Shown here: piece after piece, positions 28,511 to 38,780 of the stretch | How the letters are laid out: each line of letters opens with the position of its first letter | How positions within the stretch are numbered: the first letter of the stretch is position 1 | Source of the DNA: Alphaproteobacteria bacterium | Lineage (GTDB): Bacteria > Pseudomonadota > Alphaproteobacteria > CAAHEQ01 > UBA3637 | DNA: 64,000 bases | Direction of reading: 5' to 3' | Assembly: GCA_045614025.1 (NCBI GenBank) | Contig: JAZLCE010000021.1 | Location: 887-64,886 of the forward strand | The notes under the pieces: model-generated | What the model saw: the letters and a program-made list of their open reading frames with translations, nothing else | The model's database searches: none | Told to the model about the DNA's origin: nothing | Program-made: the position numbers and the translations under genes

Positions 28511-28518
28511 TTTTTTTA

Positions 28519-30069
28519 TTAACCCCGTCTTAAAAATGCTGGTAAATCATCTGTATCAAATGGATTCTCTGTATTAGAATCATCTTTTAATCCAATAGAA
28601 GATGCCGCCATAGGAACTTGCATCTTATTCTTCTTACCTGAACTAAAAATATCTATCCAACTACTACTCTTTGTATGTTTCACATTGTTATCAACTTTTT
28701 TAGATTCAATATCAATTGGTGGTTGGATATCCGCTTTGAGAGGAACATGAACAGGTGCTTTCATTGGTGGAACTTCCTCATCAATCAAGAGAGGTTGTTC
28801 ATTTTGAGGTTTATCAGCCAAATCAATTGCAAGCTCTATTCCTTTATAAGCTTCCTCACCAACAGCTTCTCTGACAACATTTTCAAAACGTTCACTTTCT
28901 GGCAATTCATCATTATCATTAATTAATGACAATTGCTCTGGTTTATTTTCAAACACAGGTTTAACAGCAGATTGTTGATTTGTTTCATCAACGGGTACTG
29001 CAACAATTTGCTCTTGTGCGGATGTTTCTTTTGATTTAGAAGTTTCTTCAACAACAGGCAATTCATCAATACCAGTTGCAACGATTGAAATGCGAATCAT
29101 GCCATGCAAAGCTTCGTCTGCACAAGTTCCAAAGATGATATTTGCATCTTCTTCCCCTAATTCTTCTCTAATACGTTCGGCTGCCAAATCAACTTCGGCT
29201 AAAGTTAAATCTAATCCACCAGAAATATTAAGAAGAACACTCTTGGCTCCACGAATAGAAGAATCATCCAAAAGAGGATTAGAAATTGCTTTTTCAACAG
29301 CAATTTCGGCTCTATTTTCCCCAGTTGCCTCGCCTGTTCCCATCATAGCTCTACCCATAGAGGAAAGAACTGTTTTAACGTCTGCAAAATCAAGGTTAAT
29401 CATCCCTGGGCGAATGATCAAGTCTGTGATAGAACGAACCCCTTGACATAACACGCCGTCAGCTGTTTTAAAAGCATCGGCAAATGTTGTGCTATTTGAA
29501 ACAACTCTAAATAAATTTTGATTTGGGATTACCAAAAGGGTATCAACATATTTTTTAAGTTCTGCCAAACCATTATTTGCTGTACGCATGCGTTTGTTTC
29601 CTTCAAATTGGAATGGTTTAGAAACAACGCCAACTGTTAAAATTCCCATTTCCTTAGCAATCTTTGCGATCACTGGCGCAGCACCCGTTCCTGTTCCTCC
29701 ACCCATGCCAGCAGTGATGAACAAAAGATGCAAGCCTTTTAAGCATTCTGTAATTCTTTCAACTGTTTCTTCAGCAGCAGCTCTTCCAACTTCTGGATTA
29801 GCCCCTGCCCCTAAACCTTGTGTTAAAGCAACACCCAATTGAATTCTTTCAGAAACAAGAGATCTAGAAAGTGCTTGAGCATCCGTATTCGCAACAAAAA
29901 ATGAAACACCACTTAACTCACTTGCAACCATGTTATTAACGGCATTTCCGCCTGCTCCACCAACACCAATAACGCCAATGTTTGGTGTTAACAAAACTTC
30001 TGGTGGAGGTGTAACCAATCCGATTGACAAGCTGTTTTCATTTGAATCTAAAAATTCTGAACTAACCAT
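28519..30069 (-). CDS. ftsZ: Cell division GTPase FtsZ
   Basis: 516 aa. [28 protein letters not shown], a long acidic linker and the conserved C-terminal peptide [19 protein letters not shown] Shine-Dalgarno inside the ftsA 3' end, giving a 22-nt overlap. Confidence 0.96.
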   Translation of the reverse strand: MVSSEFLDSNENSLSIGLVTPPPEVLLTPNIGVIGVGGAGGNAVNNMVASELSGVSFFVANTDAQALSRSLVSERIQLGVALTQGLGAGANPEVGRAAAEETVERITECLKGLHLLFITAGMGGGTGTGAAPVIAKIAKEMGILTVGVVSKPFQFEGNKRMRTANNGLAELKKYVDTLLVIPNQNLFRVVSNSTTFADAFKTADGVLCQGVRSITDLIIRPGMINLDFADVKTVLSSMGRAMMGTGEATGENRAEIAVEKAISNPLLDDSSIRGAKSVLLNISGGLDLTLAEVDLAAERIREELGEEDANIIFGTCADEALHGMIRISIVATGIDELPVVEETSKSKETSAQEQIVAVPVDETNQQSAVKPVFENKPEQLSLINDNDELPESERFENVVREAVGEEAYKGIELAIDLADKPQNEQPLLIDEEVPPMKAPVHVPLKADIQPPIDIESKKVDNNVKHTKSSSWIDIFSSGKKNKMQVPMAASSIGLKDDSNTENPFDTDDLPAFLRRG

Positions 30070-31298
30070 TGCGAAACCTTTCCAAATAAACCCTTTTTTT
30101 GCTCTCCTTGTGTTGAAAATTTTTCATTCAACAAACTTTTCTCTTTTATCATTACATATTTTAACAAGCCAATGCAAGTGGAAAATGTATATGGCTCAAA
30201 TTGTTTTGGCAAACCACGAATATTATCTGGTTTTCCTTGACGCGCAACACCCCCAAATGTATTAGTTATCTTATCTTTAAGCCCCAATAACATACTTCCG
30301 CCACCATTTAATACAATATGCTTTGTTGCAATGACGAATCGAGGATATTTTTGAAAAACCTTTCCAACATTTTCCAAAACCTCTTCTAATCTTGGTAAAA
30401 TAATTGAAATCAAATCAGACTTAGGCACTTGCACATTTTGATTTTCTTCCCCTAATACAGGGACGATCAAACGATCCATGCTGTCGCGAATAGATTCAAA
30501 TGCTGCACCATGCAATGTTTTAAGCCGTTCTGCAACTGAAAATGAACAACCCAAGCCTCTTGCAATATCTTTTGAAAAAATAGTTCCACCTTGCGGAACA
30601 AGATCTAAATGAACTAATCCACCTTCTAAAAAAATTGCAACCGAAGTTGTTCCCGCGCCAAAATCAATAACCGTTGCCCCAATTTCTTTTTCTTCATCTG
30701 TTACTGTTGCTAATGCAGAGGCATAAGGTGTTGCAACTTTCATATCAATAGAAACATGATGTCTATCAAGTGCTGCCACCAAATTTCGTGATTGACTTTC
30801 TGGCAACACAATCACATGCATATGAACCCCTAATTTATGACCATATAATCCTCTTGGATCAGAAATTCCCGGTTCTTTATCTACAGTATAGCTTAATGGG
30901 AAAGCATGGATTACTTCATCTCCTTCTGAAAGGCAAGAAGCCACAACTCCATCCACTAATCGTTTTACATCATTTGCAGAAATGGGACGTCCATCACTGA
31001 TATCAACTTCTTTATGGATATGGCATGATTTAAGTTGGGTTGAAGAAATATTAACAACAACACTTCCAATTTGTCTTTCCGTTTGTTTTTCCAACTCAGA
31101 TAGAGCTGCTCGAATAGATTCAGCTGCCAAATCTAAATTAACAATAGCCCCCGCATTAATTCCCCTTGCTGGTGCATATCCTGTTCCAATAACCTCTGGA
31201 TGCCCATCAGAGTTAAAACGAACAGACATACAACATATTTTACTTGTACCTACATCTAATAATGTTATAACTGATTTTAATTTATTTTTCTTTGCCAT
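30048..31298 (-). CDS. ftsA: Cell division protein FtsA
   Basis: 416 aa, actin-like ATPase. [24 protein letters not shown]. Lies between ftsQ and ftsZ. Confidence 0.94.
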   Translation of the reverse strand: MAKKNKLKSVITLLDVGTSKICCMSVRFNSDGHPEVIGTGYAPARGINAGAIVNLDLAAESIRAALSELEKQTERQIGSVVVNISSTQLKSCHIHKEVDISDGRPISANDVKRLVDGVVASCLSEGDEVIHAFPLSYTVDKEPGISDPRGLYGHKLGVHMHVIVLPESQSRNLVAALDRHHVSIDMKVATPYASALATVTDEEKEIGATVIDFGAGTTSVAIFLEGGLVHLDLVPQGGTIFSKDIARGLGCSFSVAERLKTLHGAAFESIRDSMDRLIVPVLGEENQNVQVPKSDLISIILPRLEEVLENVGKVFQKYPRFVIATKHIVLNGGGSMLLGLKDKITNTFGGVARQGKPDNIRGLPKQFEPYTFSTCIGLLKYVMIKEKSLLNEKFSTQGEQKKGLFGKVSQWLVQNF

Positions 31299-31314
31299 TT
31301 TGTCTCTCTTTTTT

Positions 31315-32097
31315 TTATTTCAAGGAAGTGCTACTTTTAACAATTAATCTATCTGGCAATTTTAAATCAATTACCCTTATATCTCGATTTAAAATATCAC
31401 CTTCTTCTTTAAATTTAGTTAAACGAGTAAGAGCTTCTTTTATTCCTGTTTCTGGCAAACGAATTTCAAGCCCATTTTCAGCATCATTTAAATAAAGATT
31501 CCATCTTCTTTTACCAACTCTTACCGCTGATCTTGTAATTGAAAAAATCTCTGGATAATCTTTTAAAATTTTTATTAATTCAGGCGTATGTTCTGGCGCA
31601 TCCTCACCCACAACTAATAACACATTTTTAAGCAACGTTTTATCATCTAAAATTGCTTCTCCATTTTCATCAATTGGCCAATATGTTTTTTTATTTTGCC
31701 AAACAGCAATAGGTGTTTTTTCTGTTACACTAATCAAAATTTGTGTCGGCAAATGGCGTTCAACACGCGCTGTTTTAATCCATGGCAACTCTAAAATCGC
31801 TTGTTTTTCTTTTTCTAAATCAATTTCAAAAATGGGCATACCTTGTCTTAAATTCAACTTTGAATTTAAGTCATTTAATTTGGTTCTAATATGACCTTCA
31901 ACAACCACTCGCTCTAAATTAAAATGCGCCTTTTCAACACATAAATTAACAGTTTTTTTCCCAACACGTTGAATATCTTTTCCAACAGGGGATAGCAAAA
32001 GGGCTCCGATTGCAAATAAAAAGCTAACTACAATAAACCCAACAATTTTTAATTTTAAAAATTTATTTGATTTTTTCTTTTGTCTTCTTTTTTTCAT
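31315..32097 (-). CDS. ftsQ: Cell division protein FtsQ
   Basis: 260 aa. Basic N-terminus, single TM, POTRA-like region. Position ddl-ftsQ-ftsA. Confidence 0.85.
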   Translation of the reverse strand: MKKRRQKKKSNKFLKLKIVGFIVVSFLFAIGALLLSPVGKDIQRVGKKTVNLCVEKAHFNLERVVVEGHIRTKLNDLNSKLNLRQGMPIFEIDLEKEKQAILELPWIKTARVERHLPTQILISVTEKTPIAVWQNKKTYWPIDENGEAILDDKTLLKNVLLVVGEDAPEHTPELIKILKDYPEIFSITRSAVRVGKRRWNLYLNDAENGLEIRLPETGIKEALTRLTKFKEEGDILNRDIRVIDLKLPDRLIVKSSTSLK

Positions 32098-33023
32098 TTT
32101 TCAAAATCCGCTCGTTCAATAAGATATTCAATAAGTTGATTATAAGTAATGCCTTTATTCAAAGCCAATTCAGGTACCAATGATAAATCCGTTAAACCAG
32201 GGTGTGTATTAATTTCTAAAAAAACAACCCTATTTTCTTTTTCATCATAACGAAAATCACATCTCGTTGCGCCTTTACACCCTAAAAAAGAATGGATTTT
32301 TAAAGCTGCTTGATGTAATTTTTCTGTTATTTCATCCGTTAGATTTGATGGAAAAAGATGCTCTGTTTTTCCTTTTTCATATTTATGTTCATAATCATAA
32401 AAACCATTTTGGGGAACAAGTTCAATAATTCCCAAAACATGGGTATCCAAAACAGCAACTGAAAATTCCCTTCCTGGAATATATTCTTCCACAACAAAAG
32501 ATTTTCCATTTAATGCTTCTTGTTTAACCTCTTCAGGAATTTTATCTCCTTTTTTCAAAAGAACAACTCCAACTGAAGACCCCTCTTGATTTGGTTTTAT
32601 AACACAGTCAAAATCCGTTTTAGTTGTTGTTAAAATCCACTCTTCAGCAGGAACAATTCCTTTTGCAACATCAATATGTAAAGAAGCGGCCACTGCTTTA
32701 GTCATAATTTTATTCATACCAAGAGCTGACGCAAAAAGCCCCGAATGTGTATAAGGAATTTTAAGCATATCTAAATAGGCGGGAACATGGCCATTTTCTC
32801 CCCAACCGCCATGTAATGCATTAAAAACAACAAAGGGTTTTTCCTCTTCTATTTTCTTTTTTAAAGCTCCTACCCCTTCATTCATATCAAAGGAAACAAC
32901 TTTGTAACCAAGTTCTTTTAGTGCGTTACGAACAGAACCTGCACTTTTAAAAGAAATCTCTCGTTCCGATGAAGATCCACCTTCTAAAAGCAAAACTGGA
33001 GCTTCTTTTTTATTTTTATTCAT
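32094..33023 (-). CDS. ddl: D-alanine--D-alanine ligase
   Basis: 309 aa. GGSSSEREISFKSAG, ATP-grasp region, EINTHPGLT. 4-nt overlap with ftsQ. Confidence 0.93.
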   Translation of the reverse strand: MNKNKKEAPVLLLEGGSSSEREISFKSAGSVRNALKELGYKVVSFDMNEGVGALKKKIEEEKPFVVFNALHGGWGENGHVPAYLDMLKIPYTHSGLFASALGMNKIMTKAVAASLHIDVAKGIVPAEEWILTTTKTDFDCVIKPNQEGSSVGVVLLKKGDKIPEEVKQEALNGKSFVVEEYIPGREFSVAVLDTHVLGIIELVPQNGFYDYEHKYEKGKTEHLFPSNLTDEITEKLHQAALKIHSFLGCKGATRCDFRYDEKENRVVFLEINTHPGLTDLSLVPELALNKGITYNQLIEYLIERADFEK

Positions 33024-33978
33024 CTTCCACTCCTAATTTCTTTACTTCCCACTCTAAAGAAACGCCTTCTTTTTCTAAAACAGTTTGACGAATTTTTTCC
33101 CCTAAGGTTTCAATATCTTTGGCTGTTGCTTTCCCTGTATTAATTAAAAAATTAGCATGTTTATCACTCACAACAGCACCACCCACTTTTGCATTTTTCA
33201 TTCCAGATCTTTCAATTAATTTCCAAGCTGATAATCCTTCTGGATTTTTAAAAGTTGACCCTGCTGTTCGAACACCTTTTGGTTGACCTGCTTCTCGCTT
33301 TTGTTTATTTAAATTCATTCGCTCAGTAATCAATTGATTATCTGATTCTTTCTTTCCTTTTAAAACGGCTTCTAAAAAAATCCAATCCATTGGCAAATGA
33401 CAACAACGGTATGAAAAAGCATCTAATAATTCTTCTTTTTGAAATTCCTTAATATGACCTTCTTTTGTTAAAACAGTTAATTTTTCTAAAACATCAAACA
33501 AGGAAGAACCATAAGCTCCAGCATTCATCCTAATACCACCACCAAGAGATCCGGGAATACCACATAAAAATTCAAACCCACTGATTGCATTTTTTTGAGC
33601 CACACGAGAAACTTCCATAACCAGCGCGCCCGCTTTTACAAGAAGTTTATCTTCTTCAATCACTTCTATGCTTGAAAAAGCTTTACCAAGGCGAATGGTA
33701 AGCCCTGGAATACCACCATCCCTAATCAAAACATTGCTTCCGGCTCCTAGCAAAGTTATTGGAACAGCTTTTAAATTTACAATCATCTCTTTCAAATCAT
33801 CCATATCAGCTGGTTCAAAATAAACCTCTGCAGGACCACCAACTCCAAACCAATTTTTCTTTGAAAGCGGCTCATTAAACAACAAAACACCCCTTACTTT
33901 TGGTAAAGAAGAAACTAATGACTCATTTTTATTTTTAAATTTTTTAAAAAAATGCTTCAAAAAGGAATGTTTTACCAT
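33016..33978 (-). CDS. murB: UDP-N-acetylenolpyruvoylglucosamine reductase
   Basis: 320 aa. WFGVGGPAEVYFEP, GAGSNVLIRDGG, GSTFKNP. Confidence 0.93.
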   Translation of the reverse strand: MVKHSFLKHFFKKFKNKNESLVSSLPKVRGVLLFNEPLSKKNWFGVGGPAEVYFEPADMDDLKEMIVNLKAVPITLLGAGSNVLIRDGGIPGLTIRLGKAFSSIEVIEEDKLLVKAGALVMEVSRVAQKNAISGFEFLCGIPGSLGGGIRMNAGAYGSSLFDVLEKLTVLTKEGHIKEFQKEELLDAFSYRCCHLPMDWIFLEAVLKGKKESDNQLITERMNLNKQKREAGQPKGVRTAGSTFKNPEGLSAWKLIERSGMKNAKVGGAVVSDKHANFLINTGKATAKDIETLGEKIRQTVLEKEGVSLEWEVKKLGVEDE

Positions 33979-35372
33979 TATTTCTTCAATCCTTTCTCTT
34001 TTTTCAAAAGTTGAGTTATTTCAGAGGATATTGAACCTGCACCCAAACAAACAATTGTATCTAAAGAACTTAATGAGGCTGCCTTTTCTTTTAAATTTTC
34101 AATTGATGGCAAATATGAAGCATTTAGCCCTTTTAAATTCAATCCTTGAACAAATGCTGGAGCGGTCACCCCTGGAATCATGCTTTCTCCAGCCGCATAA
34201 ACATCCAATACCAAAACTTCATCTGCCATATCAAAACAAGTTAAGAAATCATCCCATAAATCACTAAATCTGGAATATCTATGTGGTTGAAAAACAGCAA
34301 CAATTTTTCCTTTTACAGAACTTTTCACAGCATCAAGTGTAGCTTTAATTTCAATCGGATGGTGCGCATAATCATCATAAACTTTCACCTTATTTAAAAT
34401 CCCTCTTAAAGTTAAACGCCGTTGAATTCCCTCAAATTTTGCTAAAGCTTTTTTAATCACAGATTCAGAAATACCCAATCTTAAAGAAACAGCAATAGCT
34501 GCTAATGCATTTAAAACATTATGACGACCAAACATCGCTAATTTAATATCTTTAATTTTTTTAAATTTAGATCCATTTCTCACAAAGACATCAAAAATAA
34601 TCCCATCAGATCCCATTCTGATATGATCTGCATGAACATCTGCTTTTTTATTTAGCCCATAAGAAACAATACGACGCGTATCAATATCTTGAATCACTTC
34701 TTTAACTGTTTCATGATCGGTACAAACAACAGAAAAACCATAAAAAGCCGTATTTTCAATAAATAAACGATACGCTTTTTTCATGTTATCAAAAGTTTTA
34801 TAATGGTCCATGTGTTCAGGATCAATATTTGTTACAATGCTAATTGTTGTTGGTAACTTCAAAAAGGAACCATCTGATTCATCAGCTTCAACAACAACAT
34901 AATCCCCTTTTCCAAGGCGTGCATTTGAAGATTGAGAATTTAAAATACCACCAATAACAAAACTTGGTTTTAATTTTGCTTGCATTAAAATGCTTGCTAC
35001 AAGAGAAGATGTTGTTGTTTTCCCATGTGTCCCTGAAACACAAATGCTTCTTTTATAATTTAAAATTTCAGCCAACATTTCAGAGCGATGACCAACAGGA
35101 ATACCAAGTCTTCTTGCTTCAACTAATTCAGGATTATCTGGTTTAATTGCACTGGAAATAACAACAGCATCTACACCTTTTAAATTTTCTTTTTTATGGC
35201 CAATAAATACTGTAATTCCACTTTTTTGAATTCGCTTGGTGTTGGCGCTTTCTTTTGCATCTGAACCTTGAACAAACAAACCTAAATCCACAAGCATTTC
35301 AGCAATGGCACTCATTCCAATGCCACCAATACCAATAAAATGAATCTTTTTTAATGGACAAGAAAGTTTCAT
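33978..35372 (-). CDS. murC: UDP-N-acetylmuramate--L-alanine ligase
   Basis: 464 aa. IHFIGIGGIGMSAIAE, GTHGKTTTSSL, DDYAHHP. Confidence 0.94.
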   Translation of the reverse strand: MKLSCPLKKIHFIGIGGIGMSAIAEMLVDLGLFVQGSDAKESANTKRIQKSGITVFIGHKKENLKGVDAVVISSAIKPDNPELVEARRLGIPVGHRSEMLAEILNYKRSICVSGTHGKTTTSSLVASILMQAKLKPSFVIGGILNSQSSNARLGKGDYVVVEADESDGSFLKLPTTISIVTNIDPEHMDHYKTFDNMKKAYRLFIENTAFYGFSVVCTDHETVKEVIQDIDTRRIVSYGLNKKADVHADHIRMGSDGIIFDVFVRNGSKFKKIKDIKLAMFGRHNVLNALAAIAVSLRLGISESVIKKALAKFEGIQRRLTLRGILNKVKVYDDYAHHPIEIKATLDAVKSSVKGKIVAVFQPHRYSRFSDLWDDFLTCFDMADEVLVLDVYAAGESMIPGVTAPAFVQGLNLKGLNASYLPSIENLKEKAASLSSLDTIVCLGAGSISSEITQLLKKEKGLKK

Positions 35373-36530
35373 TTAAAGGCCTCCTTCATGATTGCTATTT
35401 TCAATAATTTTTTTAACTTCTAAGACAACACTTTCTGCCGCTTGAGGCATTGCTCTAGAATAACTTTGTGTTGCAGCAATTGAAAGTTCTTTTGGATTTT
35501 TCATTAATTCAGCTAATTGTTCTGAAACACGCAATGAGCTAAAACCCTTTTCTGGAATCAGCCACCCAGCTCCACTATCGCAAAAACCAGCGGCATTTTC
35601 TGTTTGATGATCATCTGCAGCTGTTGGTAAAGGAACAATCATCGCTGGACGCCCAATAATTTCAAGTTCAGTAATTGTTGATGCCCCACCTCTTGCAACA
35701 ACCAAATGCGATTGCTCCAATAATTCTGGCATATTATCAAAAAATGATTCAACAGTTACCTTTTTAAAAGGTTGTCCCTTATAAATATTTCTAACATATT
35801 CAATATCTTCTGGACGAGCTTGTTGAGTTAAAACAAGCTTTTCTTTAAGTTCAGTTGGTAATTGAAGCAAAACTTCAGGAAAAACGCGACTGAAAAAAGA
35901 AGCACCTTGACTACCTCCAAAAACAAGCAGGTGAAAATCTTCACCCTTTGGTGGATAAGGGGCATTTTCTTTTTTTAAAATTTGGTTTCTTGCTGGCATA
36001 CCCACTCTTAATGTTGGAATATTTGCAGGTATTCTTTTTGTTGGCATAAATGAAGTTGCGATTAAACAAGCTCCTTTTGCCAAAATTCTATTTGCGCGAC
36101 CTAAAACGGCATTTTGTTCATGTAACACAACTGGAATGCGCCATAAATGTGCCGCTAAAACAGCAGGAAATGAGGCATATCCCCCCACTCCAATAACAGC
36201 TGCAGGTTTTAATTTTTGCAACAAGCAAAGAGCTTGAACAGCCCCAAGAAATAATTTCGTTGCCGCAATTGCTTTATGAAAAAGCGTGCGTCTTGCAACC
36301 GCTTCAGACATAAGTTTATATGTTTCAACACCTGGAAGTGAAGTAAAAGCTTTTCCTCTTTTATCCGTTACAAATGCAACTTGATAGCCATTTTTTAATA
36401 ATGCTGAACAAATGGATTCAGCAGGGAAAATATGCCCCCCGCTTCCACCTGTTGTCACCACAACAAGTGGCGCATTTTTTTTCTCATGAGTTTTTTTCTT
36501 TTCTTGATTTCTGTATCTTTTATTTCCCAT
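35373..36530 (-). CDS. murG: Undecaprenyldiphospho-muramoylpentapeptide beta-N-acetylglucosaminyltransferase
   Basis: 385 aa. TGGSGGHIFPAES, GGYASFPAV, ADDHQTENA. About 20 aa of Lys-rich N-terminal extension. Confidence 0.93.
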   Translation of the reverse strand: MGNKRYRNQEKKKTHEKKNAPLVVVTTGGSGGHIFPAESICSALLKNGYQVAFVTDKRGKAFTSLPGVETYKLMSEAVARRTLFHKAIAATKLFLGAVQALCLLQKLKPAAVIGVGGYASFPAVLAAHLWRIPVVLHEQNAVLGRANRILAKGACLIATSFMPTKRIPANIPTLRVGMPARNQILKKENAPYPPKGEDFHLLVFGGSQGASFFSRVFPEVLLQLPTELKEKLVLTQQARPEDIEYVRNIYKGQPFKKVTVESFFDNMPELLEQSHLVVARGGASTITELEIIGRPAMIVPLPTAADDHQTENAAGFCDSGAGWLIPEKGFSSLRVSEQLAELMKNPKELSIAATQSYSRAMPQAAESVVLEVKKIIENSNHEGGL

Positions 36531-36551
36531 TTTTCATCCTTTTAAAATAAA

Positions 36552-37679
36552 TTATTCTAACCCACGAGAAAGTGTATGGCACCTTGTTAAACTTAAAATA
36601 ATACCAAACGCAAACCCAATTGAAACCAATGAAGAACCGCCATAAGAAATAAATGGAAGCGTCATTCCTTTTGTTGGCAATAAATTCAACGTTGATCCCA
36701 TATTAACAATAGCCTGAATTGCAATTTGTGTCAACAGACCAGCAACAGCAATTTGACAAAAATGATTATTCGACTGTCTTAAAAGACGAAACCCTTTTAA
36801 AACAACAAATGCAAAAACCATAATTAACAATGTTGTTAAAATAAAACCAAACTCTTCGGCAGAAACGGCTAAAATAAAATCTGTATGCGCATCTGGCAAT
36901 TCATATTTTACAATTCCTTCACCAGGGCCCTTTCCAAACCACCCTGCATTTTTAAGTGTTTCCATTGATTTTTCGACCTGATAAGCTTCTTGCCCTTCAG
37001 TTGGATTTAAAAATCTATTCACACGCGTATGAACGTGATCAAACATAAAATAAGCAAAAATACCTAAACTAATGGCCCCAGCCCCTAAGAATGAAACAAC
37101 CATCATTGGAATACCAGATAAAAACAGCTGAACCCCAAAAATGGCCGTTACTGTTACCAACATACCAATATCTGGTTGCCCCATTAATAAAAGAGCAATC
37201 ACACCATAAAGTGCAAATGCAAGCCAATAACCTGGAAATTGCTTAATTAAACGACCTGATGCTAATAACCAAGCACAAACAACAGCAAATGCTGGTTTCA
37301 TAAACTCAGAAGGCTGCAACCCAATTCCAAGGAAATAAATCCACCGTCTTGCCCCTTGAATTTGAGTTCCAAACAAAACAACATATACCATACATACAAG
37401 TGAACCGATTAGAATCAATCCTGATAATCGTCTGATATGTTTAAATGATAAAAATGCCGTTGAAAACAACACCAAAACAGTTGGAAACAAAAAAATAAGC
37501 TGACGATTAATAAAATAAAACGTCTCACGATTTGTTCTATATGCAACACCGGGACTTGCTGCAAAAATTAGGAAAATACCATATAAAATAAGCACAACTG
37601 CTGAATAGAGTAATTGCCGGTTAATATCCCTGAATCGCTCTGAAAAAAAGAGTCTTGTTTTTTCAAGAAAACCACCCAT
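36552..37679 (-). CDS. ftsW: SEDS-family peptidoglycan glycosyltransferase FtsW
   Basis: 375 aa. QPSEFMKPAF, GMTLPFISYGGSS. Lies in the dcw cluster between mraY and murG. Confidence 0.92.
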   Translation of the reverse strand: MGGFLEKTRLFFSERFRDINRQLLYSAVVLILYGIFLIFAASPGVAYRTNRETFYFINRQLIFLFPTVLVLFSTAFLSFKHIRRLSGLILIGSLVCMVYVVLFGTQIQGARRWIYFLGIGLQPSEFMKPAFAVVCAWLLASGRLIKQFPGYWLAFALYGVIALLLMGQPDIGMLVTVTAIFGVQLFLSGIPMMVVSFLGAGAISLGIFAYFMFDHVHTRVNRFLNPTEGQEAYQVEKSMETLKNAGWFGKGPGEGIVKYELPDAHTDFILAVSAEEFGFILTTLLIMVFAFVVLKGFRLLRQSNNHFCQIAVAGLLTQIAIQAIVNMGSTLNLLPTKGMTLPFISYGGSSLVSIGFAFGIILSLTRCHTLSRGLE

Positions 37680-37688
37680 TTTATTCTC

Positions 37689-38771
37689 CTATCTAATTTT
37701 AAGTGTTGATAATGCAATGATAGCAAGCAAAACAGAAATAATCCAAAAACGAACAACAACTGTTGTTTCAGACCATCCTTTTTTTTCAAAATGGTGATGT
37801 AAAGGAGCCATTAAAAAGACTCTCTTTTTTCTAAGTTTATATGAACCAATTTGAATAATATCAGATAACGCTTCTGCAACGAATACTCCTCCAGCAATTG
37901 CGAGCAATAATTCTTGTTTAGTAGCAACACTTAGGGCGCCTAAAACACCACCTAATGCCAAAGAACCCGTATCCCCCATAAACACTTGAGCTGGATGAGC
38001 ATTAAACCACAAAAAGCCTAAAGTTGCTCCAATAACGGCTCCACAAAATACAGCCATTTCCCCTGCTCCTGCGACATAGTGAATATGCAAATATGCGCTA
38101 TAATCCACACGCCCAACTAAATATGCAATCACCATAAACACAAAACAACACATAATAACAGGCAATGAAACAAGGCCATCTAACCCATCTGTTAAATTTA
38201 CGGCATTTGAACTACCGACCATCACAATTAAAACAAAAGGAATATAAAAATACATTAAATCAATAGACAAATCTTTAAAAAATGGGATGGTTAATGTTGT
38301 TCCCATTGGACCAGTTTCCAAACAAATCATCCAAAGACAAGCAACCAAACTAATTAAAAATTGCAAAGATAATTTTTGTTTTGCAGAAATTCCATTTGAA
38401 GAATTTTTTGTTAATTTTTTATAATCATCAAAAAATCCAGCTAATCCAAAACCAGCTAAAACAAAAGCCATTACCCAAATATAAGAATTTGTTAATTGTG
38501 CCCAAAGGAATGTGGAAATTAAAATTGAAATAATAATTAAAAGCCCACCCATACAAGGTGTTCCACGCTTTAAAAAATGCGTTTCGGGTCCATCTTGACG
38601 TATCGGTTGCCCTTCGCCTTGCTTACTTTTGAGCCAAGCAATAAATTTTGGACCACAAACAAGCATAATTAAAAAAGATGTTGCAAGAGCACCGCCCGCT
38701 CTAAACGTAATATATTTAAAAATATTTAAAAAACTAAAATCCATTGATAACAATGACAACAAATATAACAT
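37689..38771 (-). CDS. mraY: Phospho-N-acetylmuramoyl-pentapeptide transferase
   Basis: 360 aa. GTPCMGGLLII, NAVNLTDGLDGL, MGDTGSLALGG. Confidence 0.95.
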   Translation of the reverse strand: MLYLLSLLSMDFSFLNIFKYITFRAGGALATSFLIMLVCGPKFIAWLKSKQGEGQPIRQDGPETHFLKRGTPCMGGLLIIISILISTFLWAQLTNSYIWVMAFVLAGFGLAGFFDDYKKLTKNSSNGISAKQKLSLQFLISLVACLWMICLETGPMGTTLTIPFFKDLSIDLMYFYIPFVLIVMVGSSNAVNLTDGLDGLVSLPVIMCCFVFMVIAYLVGRVDYSAYLHIHYVAGAGEMAVFCGAVIGATLGFLWFNAHPAQVFMGDTGSLALGGVLGALSVATKQELLLAIAGGVFVAEALSDIIQIGSYKLRKKRVFLMAPLHHHFEKKGWSETTVVVRFWIISVLLAIIALSTLKIR

Positions 38772-38780
38772 ATTCTCTCC

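Noticed and set aside
30048-30069. 22-nt ftsA/ftsZ overlap as a possible mis-called ftsZ start
   Set aside because: No in-frame ATG lies downstream before the conserved GVGGAGGNA region. The annotated ATG has a GGAAAGG Shine-Dalgarno at proper spacing, so the overlap is probably real translational coupling.
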